Shown here: piece by piece, positions 51,618 through 64,000 of the stretch | Numbering within the stretch: position 1 is the stretch's first letter | How the letters are laid out: the number at the start of each line of letters is the position of its first letter | DNA from: Octopus vulgaris | Lineage: Eukaryota | Assembly: GCA_951406725.2 (NCBI GenBank) | Contig: OX597835.1 | Location: 21,824,001-21,888,000 of the forward strand | DNA length: 64,000 nucleotides | Direction: 5' to 3' | Translations under genes and position numbers: made by a program | Notes under the pieces: generated by a model | What the model was told of the DNA's origin: nothing | Databases searched by the model: none | Seen by the model: the letters and a program-made list of their open reading frames with translations, nothing else

Positions 51618-51651
51618 TATAAAGCAAAGCGGAACTGTCTTCCTTTCAGTC
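51618..51651 (+). promoter_or_regulatory. Pol II core promoter: TATA box plus Inr
   Basis: TATAAAG at 51618 lies exactly 30 nt before the A of TCAGTC (51648). Upstream are CCAAT (~51100), TGACGT (~51126) and CCACCC (~51551). The neighbourhood is repeat-poor. Confidence 0.65.
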
Positions 51652-51955
51652 TGTGTTTTTCAATCTGTTTAAACTGGTCACTGGAGTCAAGGACGCATTT
51701 ATCGCGCTACTTCGACACTGACGTTCAAATTACTCAAGTGCGTAATTTAAGCAACTTATCAACAGACAAACAAATCGATTGATTAACAACAACAACAGTA
51801 AATAATAATAAAAAAAAACAACGATACCGGTGAAACTAACACAGATCGATTTTTCTAAAATCAGTTAAATTTTGCATTTTATTTCTTGCGAGTGTCTTCG
51901 TCTCACCCGAGTGTACATTTAAACAGTTTTTGGAAAAGAAAATCTTGTAATAATA

Positions 51956-52037
51956 ATGGCCAACTCTACGCGTGGTTTTTTTGTACTCCCCATTCTCTTC
52001 AGTTTTTTGCTCTTTGGAGCCTTTTTCACGCTTACAG
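51956..52037 (+). CDS. First coding exon of an unidentified secreted or membrane protein (signal-peptide-like MANSTRGFFVLPILFSFLLFGAFFTLT)
   Basis: First ATG after the predicted TSS, in a good context (ataATGG). It has a basic n-region and hydrophobic h-region, and ends in the consensus donor CAG|GTAAGT in phase 1. Confidence 0.7.
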
Positions 52038-55000
52038 GTAAGTGATTTTATATATCTATTTATATATTATGCATATATATTTGTATGTAACTAGGTTTTA
52101 CAAACGGCAGGTGGGGAAAAGTACTCGATGTACAGTGTAATATATTACATGTGCATACATATATATATTACAGTAAACGTGACCAATATACACACATGAC
52201 TTGAGTAGTGTACAATTTTTATAAGCAGAAAAATCCAAAGTATATTTCGTTTATTTATTTGTGTATTTGTTCATTGACAAGGATTAAATTTCCAGTTAAT
52301 AAACTAGCTTATACACTGTTAGAATTTATACATACATGTGTGTGTGTGTGTTCAATTATGTATATAGTTTGCTATACCCAATTATATAGATCTAATTGCT
52401 TTATTTAGTTGTATGTATTTACTGTTTAAGATCTTAAATAAATGTATTTACTATTTAAGATCTTAAATAAAATTTTTTAAAAGAGCTAACAACGAAATTA
52501 GTCCAGAAGTTTCCAGTAATTGGACGGAAAGTCAACGTGGTACCTGCCTCTAAGGGGGTGGTATTCGGCCTGCGAGAAATAGAAACAAAATCTCTCAAAT
52601 AATAAACCAACCATCTGAAAATTTATACTTCCAAAAAGTTGCATGATCGATCATTATTTTTTCGTTCGATCAGGTCAGATAGGGCTGGATCTAAACAAGT
52701 AATGCACCAAATTTCTAATTAATCATCACATCGAAAATGAATTTAACTTGTGACAGTTTATAAATCTTAAAACAATTCAGTGTTTGTTTATTTGTATGAA
52801 AGTCCACGATTGACAAGATAACGAAATGTCAAATATTATCGTGTTTATTATCTTTTTATTTTAGTCTAAATGTACATTGTCTTAATTCTTACAATCAATC
52901 TCCTAACAAGTTTAAATACCTGCCCGAGGTTCATCTCGCTTCCCAATATTCCCAGAGGGTGGGGCAATGAAATAAGATTTACCAGTCACTAAAAACCTGT
53001 TTAAAAACCGTTGCACTCCCAAACATTCCTGTCTTTAATTGTTACCTTTTACTTTTTCATGTTGTTATATACATTAGGCAATTTTATTTAATATATAGAA
53101 ATTCCTTCGGCATATGTCGAGTCTTATAAATAATTTATTATAGCTAAAATGTTTTTACAACAATGTATTTCTTTGTTCATGTTTCTTTATTCTTATCATT
53201 CGCTGTGTATTACAGCTGGTTTTTAATTAAAACTTGTAAATAAATGAACTGTGCTTGTCTGTTTTATTTCAGCAAGCTTTCTATCCACCCTACTCTCGTC
53301 TACAAAAGTTTTCCTGCTTACACTCCTTGCTAAATGACTAAATGTAACAGCCTAATCACCCTCAAATTATAACTAACCGTCTTGAATGACCCTTCAGATT
53401 ATGAAATCTTAGAGTTTGCTATAAGTAAAAAATTAAGTGGGCACAATTGAAAAAGCCTTCCGTCATAGGTCCTATCCACTTTGGGCTAACCTAAACAACA
53501 TTAATGTATAAATCTGTGATATTTAAGGACGAAAAGCGAAATGCTTGATATCCAATCCTAATTTACCATTTCGTTTTATAAACTTTCCACTTTCCTTCCT
53601 CAAAAAGCATCACCAAAGAACTTTTTGAATCCAGACTTAGATTTTTTTAATCTTTAGCAAGTTTACTCTCAGGAAGTAAAGCTTATAACTAGTGTAATAT
53701 AGTTAAACCTCGGCACAATATTTTGTCCTTATTAATAACTTTTAAGTCATATGCAACAAATGAAGATTCGACTTCAAATGTGGCCCACCCTCCTCAACGG
53801 CCACAGTTTCCACTTTTTATTTTAACACATCTAAAATTCTAAATAACCGATCCATCAACAACATCGTTATTATTATTATTTAAGACATTTTGTTTAAAAA
53901 AAAATATAATTTTGTTTTCCATGTCAAAAGTATATGATATATTATTACTATTATCTTTCACGGCTGTTCGGTAACCATGCTGGGATGTAAGCCGTCTGTG
54001 GCTCTTCAGGGGGGCGTATAAACCAGGGTGTTGTTCACATTAACACATGCACAAACACATTTGTGTATTTGTTCACATTATATCATATATTGTGTAATTT
54101 ACACAGCAATACTGACATGTTAGGTCACATTATACTCCAACACCTGCTTTGCTTTTTCTTTCTTTTTCTATAAGAAACCCCGCCATATATAGCGAGTGTG
54201 TGTGTTTCGACCGTTGGGGAAGAAATTTTATATGACCCAAATTGCTCAAACTCAAGTCATTGTGACAAATTGCTTCTAATGCCTGTACGTACGTGTGTGT
54301 GTGTGACAAATAGCTTCTCTAATTTGTCTCTGTCTATAATACGCATGCCAAACATCCTAGATGACTGAGTAAATATTCGTTTCACTTTGTTTTTCCTCAT
54401 AATCTTATGGCCTTCATCGCGACTTTTTCTCCTTTATCATCTAAATAACATCTACCCCACCAACCGCACGTTGCCTTTTTCTATCTTCGTAACGCCTCCA
54501 CTCTGTCATTTATATCATTTTTAAACATACTCAAATTAGTTTTTCAAGTAATGCTTTAAACACATATGTAATAAAAAGGGTTTGCTCTACTAAAAATAAC
54601 TGAAATACCATTTTAAATTACACAACCTTCCTTTTTATATAAAAAAAAAAATGACCTGCGAGATATTGAATTCATCTTTAATATCCCAAGGTTTGAAAGT
54701 CTTTTGATCATAGGTTTTGCTCACTGTGGACTGACTCGGGGTTAAATAGAAAGTGAAAAGTTTAATTACCACACTGGTAATTAAACCCAATAATTAACAA
54801 AATGGTGTCGGTCTTAAGTTTTTTCTTTCTTTCTTTCGTTAATGTCTTCATCTAATTGTTGAATAACCTCTTTAAAAAGTTCTTAATCTATTTAAAAATG
54901 ATTTTAAAATTGTCTACGAAAACTTTTTCACTTTGTCAAATTTTTTTTTCAATGTCTCAAATGACCAATTTAACTTTTTTTTTTTTTTTTTCATATAACT

Positions 55001-55174
55001 TATAAGTGAGAATTGACTGCTTTGGAGGTGGGGAGTCTCTTTATAAGTTCTGAACTACCAAACGGGTGTGGTATCTATAATATTAAAATAAATTTGCCTC
55101 AAATCTACTCCCGTCCTTTTCTATGTACTAAGACCGACTATTCTATTGAATGTGTCCTTTATTAATGATAAACA

Positions 55175-55560
55175 GGCGTAGTTATGTGGTGAAGAAATGT
55201 GCTTTCCAACTATACAGATCCTGGTTCAGTTTCAGTGTGTGGAAACTTGGGCGTGGGTTTTCTACCAGCCTCGGGCTGACCAAAGCATTGTGAGTGGATT
55301 TGGTAGACAGAAACTGAAAGAAGTCCGTCGTCTGTATGTACGGTGGGGGTTCTTTGTATTTGTGCCACCCCTCCTCCCGCCGTTTGACAACCGGTGCTGG
55401 TTTGTTTGTGTCTCCCTAACTTAGCGGTTCGGCATAGCTCGATGGAAAAATTTACGAAGCTTTAAGGGAAATGTACGGGATTCGATTCGATTGACTAAAA
55501 CACTTGATGTCAATGCTACAGCATGACCGCAGTCCAGTGACTGAAACAAGTGAACGATAA
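55175..55560 (+). mobile_element. Diverged family-A SINE
   Basis: Head, core and tail are recognisable. Confidence 0.75.
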
Positions 55561-56324
55561 AAAAAAAAAAAGTAATTGTTGATTGCTGTGAGATCTATTT
55601 CCTTAATCGATAAAAGTTCGATCGACATATCGCTAAATTTGTGGCACAGCTTGATGCATTATTAAAAACAGAAAAGACAGTAAATAGAAACAGATCTGTC
55701 GTTGTCAAGAGGAAGATAAATCAATGTTGATATTCAAGTTTCTTGTGAAATAGTCGTCTTTGTCTTTCTAGAAACTTGTATGGTTTCGTGTCAGTGCGCG
55801 CGAGGCCTTGGACTTGTTGATTGAATGAAGGAAATAATTAAGAGGTAAAACTATTTACATTGACATAGTGTGGGAGAGAAGTGCGGGCACTAGATGGGAA
55901 CTAGGAATGGTTTTGTGCTGATAGAAAAATAAATTCAAAAAGTGGAACGAAATAGTTTGATGTGAGGGAAAAAGTCGGCAGTCTTTCAAGAAGATGGCGG
56001 ACAAAGTGAAACAAACTGTTCTGCATCCAAATGAAAGTTTTATGGGCGGGAGGAGGCAAACTTTCACAATTGTTCCCTCCATACACCCTACTTTGTTTCC
56101 CCCACAAAGCTGTCAGAAAAATGGATTTTTTTAAATAGATTTTTCTCTTGAAATATCTCCCGGATAGAGTAAAGATTATATTGGAATTTAAATGTAAAAA
56201 GGAATTGATAGACGCGTACACATACAATCGTACGGTACTACATGACATATCTACAAAATGAAACTTGAAAGTTTTAAAATAATTGCTATGTTATCCCCAC
56301 AACATTTATATACGACTATATCTA

Positions 56325-56708
56325 TTCTATTATTGCCCAGAGGGAGGGCTAAACATAGAGGGGACAAACAAGGGCAGACAAAGGGATTAAGTCAATTACA
56401 TCGACCCCAAAAGGATGAAAGATAAAATCGACCTCAGCGGAATTTGAACTCAGAATGTAGCGGCTGACGAAATACCTATTTCTTTACTACCCACAAGGGG
56501 CTAAACACAGAGGACAAACAAGGACAGACTAACGAATTAAGTCGATTATATCGATCCCAGTGCGTAACTGGTACTTAATTTATCGACCCCGAAAGGATGA
56601 AAGGCAAAGTCGCCCTCGGCGGAATTTGAACTCAGAACGTAGCGGCAGACAAAATACCGCTAAGCATTTCGCCCGGCGTGCTTAACGTTTCTGCCAGCTC
56701 GCCGCCTT
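56325..56708 (-). mobile_element. Family-C SINE with partial tandem duplication
   Basis: Two consecutive bodies. Confidence 0.85.
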
Positions 56709-58812
56709 ATTCGTATGGATTATTTTATTGCCTCTAGGATCCCACGAAAAGAACACTCTAAAAGTACACAAAGACACACTGTTTTTGTGTGTTAGGTCAA
56801 ACATGTTAACTATTACTTACTTGCATACCTACAAAAATGTGCTCTCCCCGACTGCTTCCTCATAAGTGGGCGTTATAACAATCCAACATAAAAAGATTAC
56901 AACAGTGATGCTAATATCATGCCGTACATGACACTTACGGCAGTCTATTGATAATAGATTTATATGAGTTTACTTGACGTGAATCACAAAGAAAAGCTCA
57001 CATTTGTTGTGAAATATATTCTCTGATAGTATTTATCTTTCTGCTACAGTACAACTGCATTGGTAGCTGGATTTGAACCCCCATTCCCTGTCAACGAAGT
57101 TTAGCACTTCTCTGAAATGTGGATTCAAAAAAATGTTAGGCACAGGAGTGGCTGTGTGGTAAGTAGCTTGCTTACCAACCACATGGTTCCGGGTTCAGTC
57201 CCACTGCGTGGCACCTTGGGCAAGTGTCTTCTACTATAGCCTCGGGCCGACCAAAGCCTTGTGAGTGGATTTGGTAGACGGAAACTGAAAGAAACCCGTC
57301 GTATATATGTATATATATGTGTGTGTGTGTGTCTGTGTTTGTCCCCCCCAACATCGCTTGACAACCGATGGGGGTGTGTTTACGTCCCCGTAACTTAGCA
57401 GTTCGGCAAAAGAGACTGATAGATTAAGTACTAGGCTTACAAAGAATAAGTCCTGGGGTCGATTTTTTTCGACTAAACGCGGTGCTCCAGCATGGCCACA
57501 GTCACATGACTGAAACAAGTAAAAGACTGTGTATGTACATATGTTGGTGCCACGTAAAATGCACCCAGTCTGCTCTGTAAAGTGGTTGCCATTAGGAAGG
57601 GCATTCAGCCATAGAAACCATGTCCTAATAGACGGGAGCTTGGCACAGTTCTTTGGCTTACCCACTCCTGTCAAACCATCCAACCCAGGCCAGCATGGAA
57701 GACAGGTGTTAAATGATGATGGTTCTGTTGTTAAGAAGCATGTTTTGCAACCACAAGATGTCAGGTTCTCTACGATTGCATTAAACCTTGAGCAAGTGTT
57801 TACCATAGCCCTTCACCAACCAGATCCTTGTGAATGGAATTGGTAGGCAGAAACTGTAGAAACCTGTGACATTTGTGTCTCTGTGCTTGTCACCATCCTT
57901 ATCACTTGACAACCAGTATTGGTTTGTTTATGTCTCTGAAACTTAGCTGTTCAACAAGTGACCAACAAAGTACTGGGGTTAATTTGATTGGCTAAATCCT
58001 TCAGAGTGGTACCCCAGCATGATGGAGATATGTAAATGAAGATATATGCACATGCATACCATACATAGTTTTAAATGTTTATTCTCAATCCTTTGCAAAT
58101 AATAGCATTATCATTTTTATGTCTGTTTTCCATTTTGGTATAGGCTAGATCCAACAGGATGAAACAGGTTGGATCTTGCTCCACTTCCTCAGTTTTGGCA
58201 TGGTTCCTATAGCCAAATGCTCTCTGTGACACCAACCACTTTACAAAGTGTACTGGCTGTGTTTTATCCTGGCACCAACATCATAGAGGTTGCCTTGTCC
58301 TCGTTAAGCCTAAAGATCCTTGTCAAGCTTTGCATTGTTGTAGGACTTGAGAGCGCTTTAGTCTTTACCAACCATGTACAAACTGTACTTTTTTTATAAT
58401 AGCACTGTCACTACAGGAGTTTCCTTGTAGCTTGCAAGCCAAAAGAGAATTAACAATTGTTTTCAATTCTCTTTCATAGTTTATCAATCAATTGTCTTCC
58501 GGATAATAATAATAAATGCTGTCTGTATAAATGCAATATATCTGATTTTGCTCCATTAAGTGTTACATACACAAACCAAAGCAAAATAAATATAGATTAT
58601 TCAATTAATGAATGACAATCAATGCTTAAGCAATGAGAATTGAAACAAATGACAATATTGTGATTTTAAACCTTTTGTTACCATATTTCCGTTGAAATGC
58701 CAAACTCTTTTGTTTCAATTAATTTTGAAATTAATGAAAAATTTAGTGAAATAAATTTGTCATTAGCTGGTGTTTGGGACACGAGAAATTTTAATGGAAT
58801 GCTTTTAGATCA

Positions 58813-59464
58813 CTTTACTCTTTTACTTGTTTCAGTCATTTGACTGCGGCCATGCTGGAGCATCGCCTTTAATCGAGCGACTCGACCCCGGCACTTATTC
58901 TTTGTAAGCCCAGTACTTATTCTATCGGTCTGTCTTGCTGAGCCGCTAAGTGACGGGCACATAAACACACCAGCATCGGTTGTCAAGCAATGCTAGGGGG
59001 ACAAACACGGACACACAAACACACACTCATACATATATATATATCATCATCATCATCGTTTAACGTCCGCTTTCCATGCTAGCATGGGTTGGACGGTTCA
59101 ACTGGGGTCTGGCAAGCCCGATGGCTGCACCAGGCCAGTCAGATCTGGCAGTGTTTCTACAGCTGGATGCCCTTCCTAACGCCAACCACTCCGAGAGTGT
59201 AGTGGGTGATTTTATGTGCCACCGACACAGGTGCCAGTCGAGGCTGGCAGACGGCCACGCTCGGATGGTGTTTTTTATGTGCCACCGACACAGGTGCCAG
59301 ATGAACCTGGCAGACGGCCACGCTCGGATATGCTGTTTTCTTATGTGCCACCGACACAGGTGCCAGACGACGACGGGCTTCTTTCAGTTTCCGTCTACCA
59401 AATCCACTCACAAGGCTTTGGTCGGCCCAAGGCTATAGTAGAAGACACTTGCCCAAGGTGCCAC
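58813..59464 (-). mobile_element. Family-A SINE interrupted by an RTE-tail element carrying three ~62-bp repeats
   Basis: SINE halves at 58813-59043 and 59369-59464. The insert has TTATGTGCCACCGACACAGGTGCCAG three times. Confidence 0.85.
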
Positions 59465-59569
59465 AAGAGTTTGTATCATATAACTTGGACAAGTTGGTAT
59501 GGAAAAGATTAATGCTTTAAGTATTTAACAGGTGTTCTTGTGGGTCAAGGAATGCATTTGTGGCTATCT

Positions 59570-59950
59570 GAAAGTGTTTGTTGCATCTCCTATCCATCAT
59601 ATCTGTCCCCTATTCCTGGGAGGGTTTATTATGGGTAGAATCTTCAGACACCCCTTCCATAGGGTTCCACCAGAACAAACTGTTATTAGTCTTCACACTC
59701 GGATTCCCTGGCATGACCAACCGAGACTATGGATATTAGCCAACCATTGCATTCTTGGTCTACCCCAGGGTCTCCTGATGGCTCACCTTGGAGATTTCGT
59801 CTTGCAATTCTTTCCTGTGACATTTTAGTCCTGTTGTGTAATACTGCAGCTATGATCTTTCAATTGGGAGAAGTAGTGGCTCAGCCTGGAGAGACTCTGT
59901 TGTTTGTCTTAGTTTGGAAAGTTTTAACGCTAAATATTTCTTGAATAGAA
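59570..59950 (-). pseudogene. Old RTE (Expander-like) LINE C-terminal fragment
   Basis: ESLQAEPLLLPIERS*LQYY..KMSQERIARR..RPWGRPRMQWLANIHSLGWSCQGI. Confidence 0.75.
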
Positions 59951-60821
59951 TTAGATTTCCAAAAGTTTCTGACTGAGGGATTATTTTAACTGAGGCTTAG
60001 AAGTTTTCATTACGTTGTGAGATGGCTGCTTCCTAAAGTTTTTCGAATGGTACAGTTCTTCTTACAGGCTTCAGTGGCAAAACGGAAGCTTTTTGTTGCA
60101 AGTGTTTACCTTTTTTTTTTTTTATACCAACTTGTTTGGGACTGCCCTGATTGTGTGACACAAACTTCTGTTTTAAAATAGTCAAAATTTCCATGTCAGT
60201 TTGTTTCAAGTAATGGTTTCGACAATGGGGCTAGCCAATTACATTGACTCCAGGACCCAAATGGTACTTATTTTATCAACCCCGAAAGGATGAAAGGCAA
60301 CATTGACTTCAGAACTTTCACTTGGAATGCAGTGATGGACAAGATGCTGTAAGCAATATTTCATGCAGCATGCTCTTACTCTTTACTCTTTTACTTGTTT
60401 CAGTCATTTGACTGCGGCCATGCTGGAGCACCGCCTTTAATCGAGCAACTCGACCTGGGACTTATTCTTTTGTAATCCCAGTACTTATTCTATCGGTCTC
60501 TTTTGCCGAACTGCTAAGTAGCGGGGACATAAACACACCAGCATCGGTTGTCAAGCAATGCTAGGGGGACAAACACAGACACAAACACACACACACACGC
60601 ATATATATATACATATATACGACAGGCTTCTTTCAGTTTCCGTCTACCAAATACACTCACAAGGCTTTGGTCGGCCCGAGGCTATAGTAGAAGACACTTG
60701 CCCAAGGTGCCACGCAGTAGGACTGAACCCGGGATCATGTGGTTGGTAAACAAGCTACTTACCACACAGCCACTCCTATTCTGCCAGCTTACCAACTTAA
60801 TGTCAAAATTATTTTACTAGG

Positions 60822-61710
60822 TGAAGGAGTGGCTCTGTGGTAAGAAACCTGCTTCCCAGCCACATGGTTCTGGGTTCAGTCCTACTGTGCGACACTTGAG
60901 CAAGTGTCTTCTACTTTTGCCTCAAGCCAACCATAGCCTTGTGAGTGGATTTGATAGGCGGAAACTGAAAGAAACCCATCGTATATATGTGCCTGTGTTT
61001 GTCCCCTTGTTACTGCTTGACAACCAGTGTTGGTGTGTTTATGTTCCTGTAACTTAGTTGTTCAGCAAAAAGAGACCCAATAGAATAAGTATCATGGTTG
61101 ATTCATTCGACTAAAATTCTTCAAGGTGGTGCCCCAGCATGGCCAGTCTAATGATTAAAATGGGTAAAAAAATAAACAAATTCATAATTTTAAAATCAGA
61201 GACAATAGTTGTGCATTTCAACAAATATGGGTCAACAAAGGGGTCAGACCTCACACAAGTCCTCAGCTTGACCATCCCACAGATATCTCAAGTCCTCGTT
61301 AAAAGATATTGAGCAAGTACACTATGCTTTTACTAAAAAGTGAATTTTCTTTCCAGATAATTTAACCATTTTCAAAACGTGTGTCACAAGAATAAATATA
61401 TCTTATGGCTTGGAAAGCTTTTAATAAGCCTGGCTGTGTGGTTATATCACTTGCTTTGGAACCATGTGGTTTCAGGTTCAGTACCATGGCACAGCATCTA
61501 CCATAGCCCTTGAACAACTAATGCCATGTGAGTGAATTTGGTTTGTGGAAACCATGTAGACGCCCATGTGTATGTATATTTCCCACCCTACCAACTGACA
61601 ACCGATGTTGGTTTGTTTACATCCCCGTAACTTAGCAGCTCAGCAAAAGAAGCTGGTAGAATGAGTACCAGCCTTTAAAACTAAGTGTTTGAGATTGATT
61701 TGTTTGTCTA
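60822..61710 (+). mobile_element. Two diverged family-A SINEs (60822-61170 and 61430-61710)
   Basis: Similarity to 24144-24552. Confidence 0.75.
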
Positions 61711-62107
61711 AGCCGGTGGTTCCCAAAGTGGGTGGTATTGCTCCCCTGTGGGTGGCGGAAAGTTCCAAGGGGGTGTTGAAGACAAATGGTGGGGAGGGGT
61801 AATGGGGTAGCAATTCAACAACAAAATAATGGGTTTATTAGGTTAAGGGTTATTTGTGAAATACAGTTGCTTTGAATTTGCTTCAGAAAGAGGTTTATGT
61901 TTGTGATGGTTAGTTGGGGGGTGGGGCACTAGGAATGTGGACTTGGTGTCAAGGGGGCAGCAGCCTCGCAGCATGGCTGCAATGCAATGAGTGAAACAAA
62001 AGAAAAAAAGACAATTCTGGTTTTTCCATGTTCCTAAACTGTAAATTCTAACTTAAATCTTTCCTTAAATCAATCCCCAGTATTTTTTTTTTTTTTTTTG
62101 TCTAAAC

Positions 62108-62407
62108 CAGGATTTATCAACTGGTGTCCATTTGACATTGGGGCAGAGTCTACAGATGCAATATAGTAAAAAAAAAAGGGGGGGGGTCCACGGTAATTTT
62201 TCAGGAGCCATGAAAAAATTGTGCTTCAGACCAGTAAAGTTTATGTGCAATGAATTTGTTAAGTATCCACAAAACGGTTTTTATACAAGCCCTAATAATA
62301 TTTTATAAAAATACACAAGGATTTTTTAAACATTGAAAGGGTGGGGGTTCCCTTAAGTAAAATAAAAATCAAAGGGGTCCATAGGTAAAAATGGTTGAGA
62401 ACCCCTG
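62108..62407. mobile_element. hAT/Charlie-type MITE
   Basis: CAGGATTTATCAAC...GGTTGAGAACCCCTG ends, with partial 8-bp TSD GTCTAAAC / CCCTAAAC. Confidence 0.6.
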
Positions 62408-62979
62408 CCCTAAACCTTTCAAGATGGTACCCCAGCATGGCTAGACTGGAACAAATGAAAAAGAAATAAATTTAGAGAATATTTCAGAGAATATTTCCTT
62501 GTTCAACCGTAAATTTTAACAAATCTTAAAAAAAAAAAAAAAAAATTTTTTTTAAAACTGGTAAATGCTCTTGATTAGACGTCTTCTTTCAATCATTCAA
62601 CTATGGCTATGCTGGGGCACCACCTTGAAGGATTTAGCCAAATCAAACCCCAATATATATTAATTTTTTTTTTTAAACCTGATGCTTTTTCTACTCTTCT
62701 TTCTAAAGTACAAAGTTTTGGAAACCTAAACAAATACACAAACTGGCTCCTTTCAGTTTCTGTCCACCAAATCCAGTTGCAAGGTTTTGGTTGGCCTAGG
62801 GCTATAGTGGAAGGTACTTTCCCAAGGTGCTACTCAGTGGATCTAAACCCAAGACCACTTGTCTTGGAATGGGATCTCATAAAAACAGCATCTGAATAAC
62901 CTAAATTTTAGGAAGTGACTCATCATAACAATGATAATAATCCTATATGACATTTAAAAACTGTTATTATTCGCGCTGG

Positions 62980-64000
62980 CCTAATTGTTAGCATGCTGGA
63001 TGAAATACTCAGCAGTATTTCGTCTGCCGCTACATTCTGAGTTCAAATTCTGTTACGGTTGACTTTCACCCTTTCGGGATCAATGAAATAAGTATCAGTT
63101 GAACATTGGGGTCGATGTAATCAACTTACCTTGTGCCTTTTGTAAACGGGATTGTTATTAAAGTGGTGAGCTGGCAGAAACGTTAGCACACAGGGCAAAA
63201 TGCTTAGCGGTATTTCGTCTGCCGCTACGTTCTGAGTTCAAATTCCACCAAGGTCGACTTTACCTTTCATTCTTTCAGGGTCGTTTAAATAAGTACCAGT
63301 TACACACTGTTGTCGATGTAATCAACTTAATCCGTTTGTCTGTCCTTGTTTGTCCTCTCTGTGTTTAGCCCCTTGTGGGTTGTAAAGAAATAGGCATTTC
63401 ACCCATCGCTACATTCTGAGTTCAAATTCCACCGAAGTCGACTTTGCCTTTCATTCTTTCAGGGTTTATTAACCAAGTACCAGTTATGCACTGGGGTCAA
63501 TGTAATCAATTAGACTCCCCCCCCCCCCAAAAAAAAAATTCAGACCTTGTGCTTACAGTAGGATTATTATTGAGGTGTGATGAGCTGGTAGAGTTGTTAG
63601 CATGCTGGACGAAATTCTTAGCAGTTTTTCACCTGTCGCTACATTCTGAGTTTAAATTCTGCCAAGGTTGACTTCACCTTTCCTCCTTTCAGGGTCAATG
63701 TGATCGACTTGTCACCTTCCCCACAAAATTTCAGGCCCTGTGCCTATAGTAGAAAGGATTATTATTATTATTATTATTATTGGAAAAATTTCAGTGTAGG
63801 AAATTGAAACAAAACAAAATGTTGTCATTTTGTAAACCATAAATATCAAATCGGGCAACAAGCTGGCAGAATCATTAGTACACTGGGCAAAATGCATAGT
63901 GGAATTTTCTGTCTTTTATATTCTGAGTTCAAATTCCACCATGGTCGATTTTACCATTCTTCCTTTTAAGGTCAATAAAATAATAGTTGAGCACTGGGGG
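62980..64000 (+). mobile_element. Head-to-tail cluster of about 5 family-C SINEs
   Basis: The TTCTGAGTTCAAATTC...GTCGACTT motif recurs at about 63035, 63230, 63415, 63645 and 63920. Confidence 0.85.

Noticed and set aside
53255-53340. Acceptor-like TTTTATTTCAG as exon 2
   Set aside because: The phase-1 reading hits TGA after about 21 codons, and no donor is evident.
59532-59828. Second exon of the 51.9-kb gene (AACAG|GTGTTC acceptor-like site, 98-aa ORF)
   Set aside because: The opposite strand is a decayed RTE reverse-transcriptase C-terminus, which explains the sequence.

Overview
This is AT-rich, very repeat-dense eukaryotic DNA. The SINE, RTE, Helitron and MITE families and the (TA)/(TACA)/(ATAG) microsatellite load suggest an octopus or other coleoid genome; this is inferred from the repeats only. 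Nearly all supplied ORFs are microsatellite or transposon artefacts. Only one host gene is supported: a TATA/Inr promoter and a first exon (about 51648-52037, +) encoding a signal-peptide-like N-terminus, followed by an intron that appears to run off the window. The rest is tRNA-derived SINEs, decayed LINE fragments (RTE, CR1/L2, CRE), a full-length dead mariner, Helitrons, MITEs and two minisatellites. The most striking signal is a set of unrelated short non-coding elements, mostly in or beside (TA)n tracts and often folded back on themselves. They carry type-I hammerhead ribozyme motifs of the Penelope-like kind, both canonical and with unusual cores, including an apparent natural C3G/G8C compensatory swap at 10.7 kb. 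All coordinates were read by eye, and no folding or database search was run.
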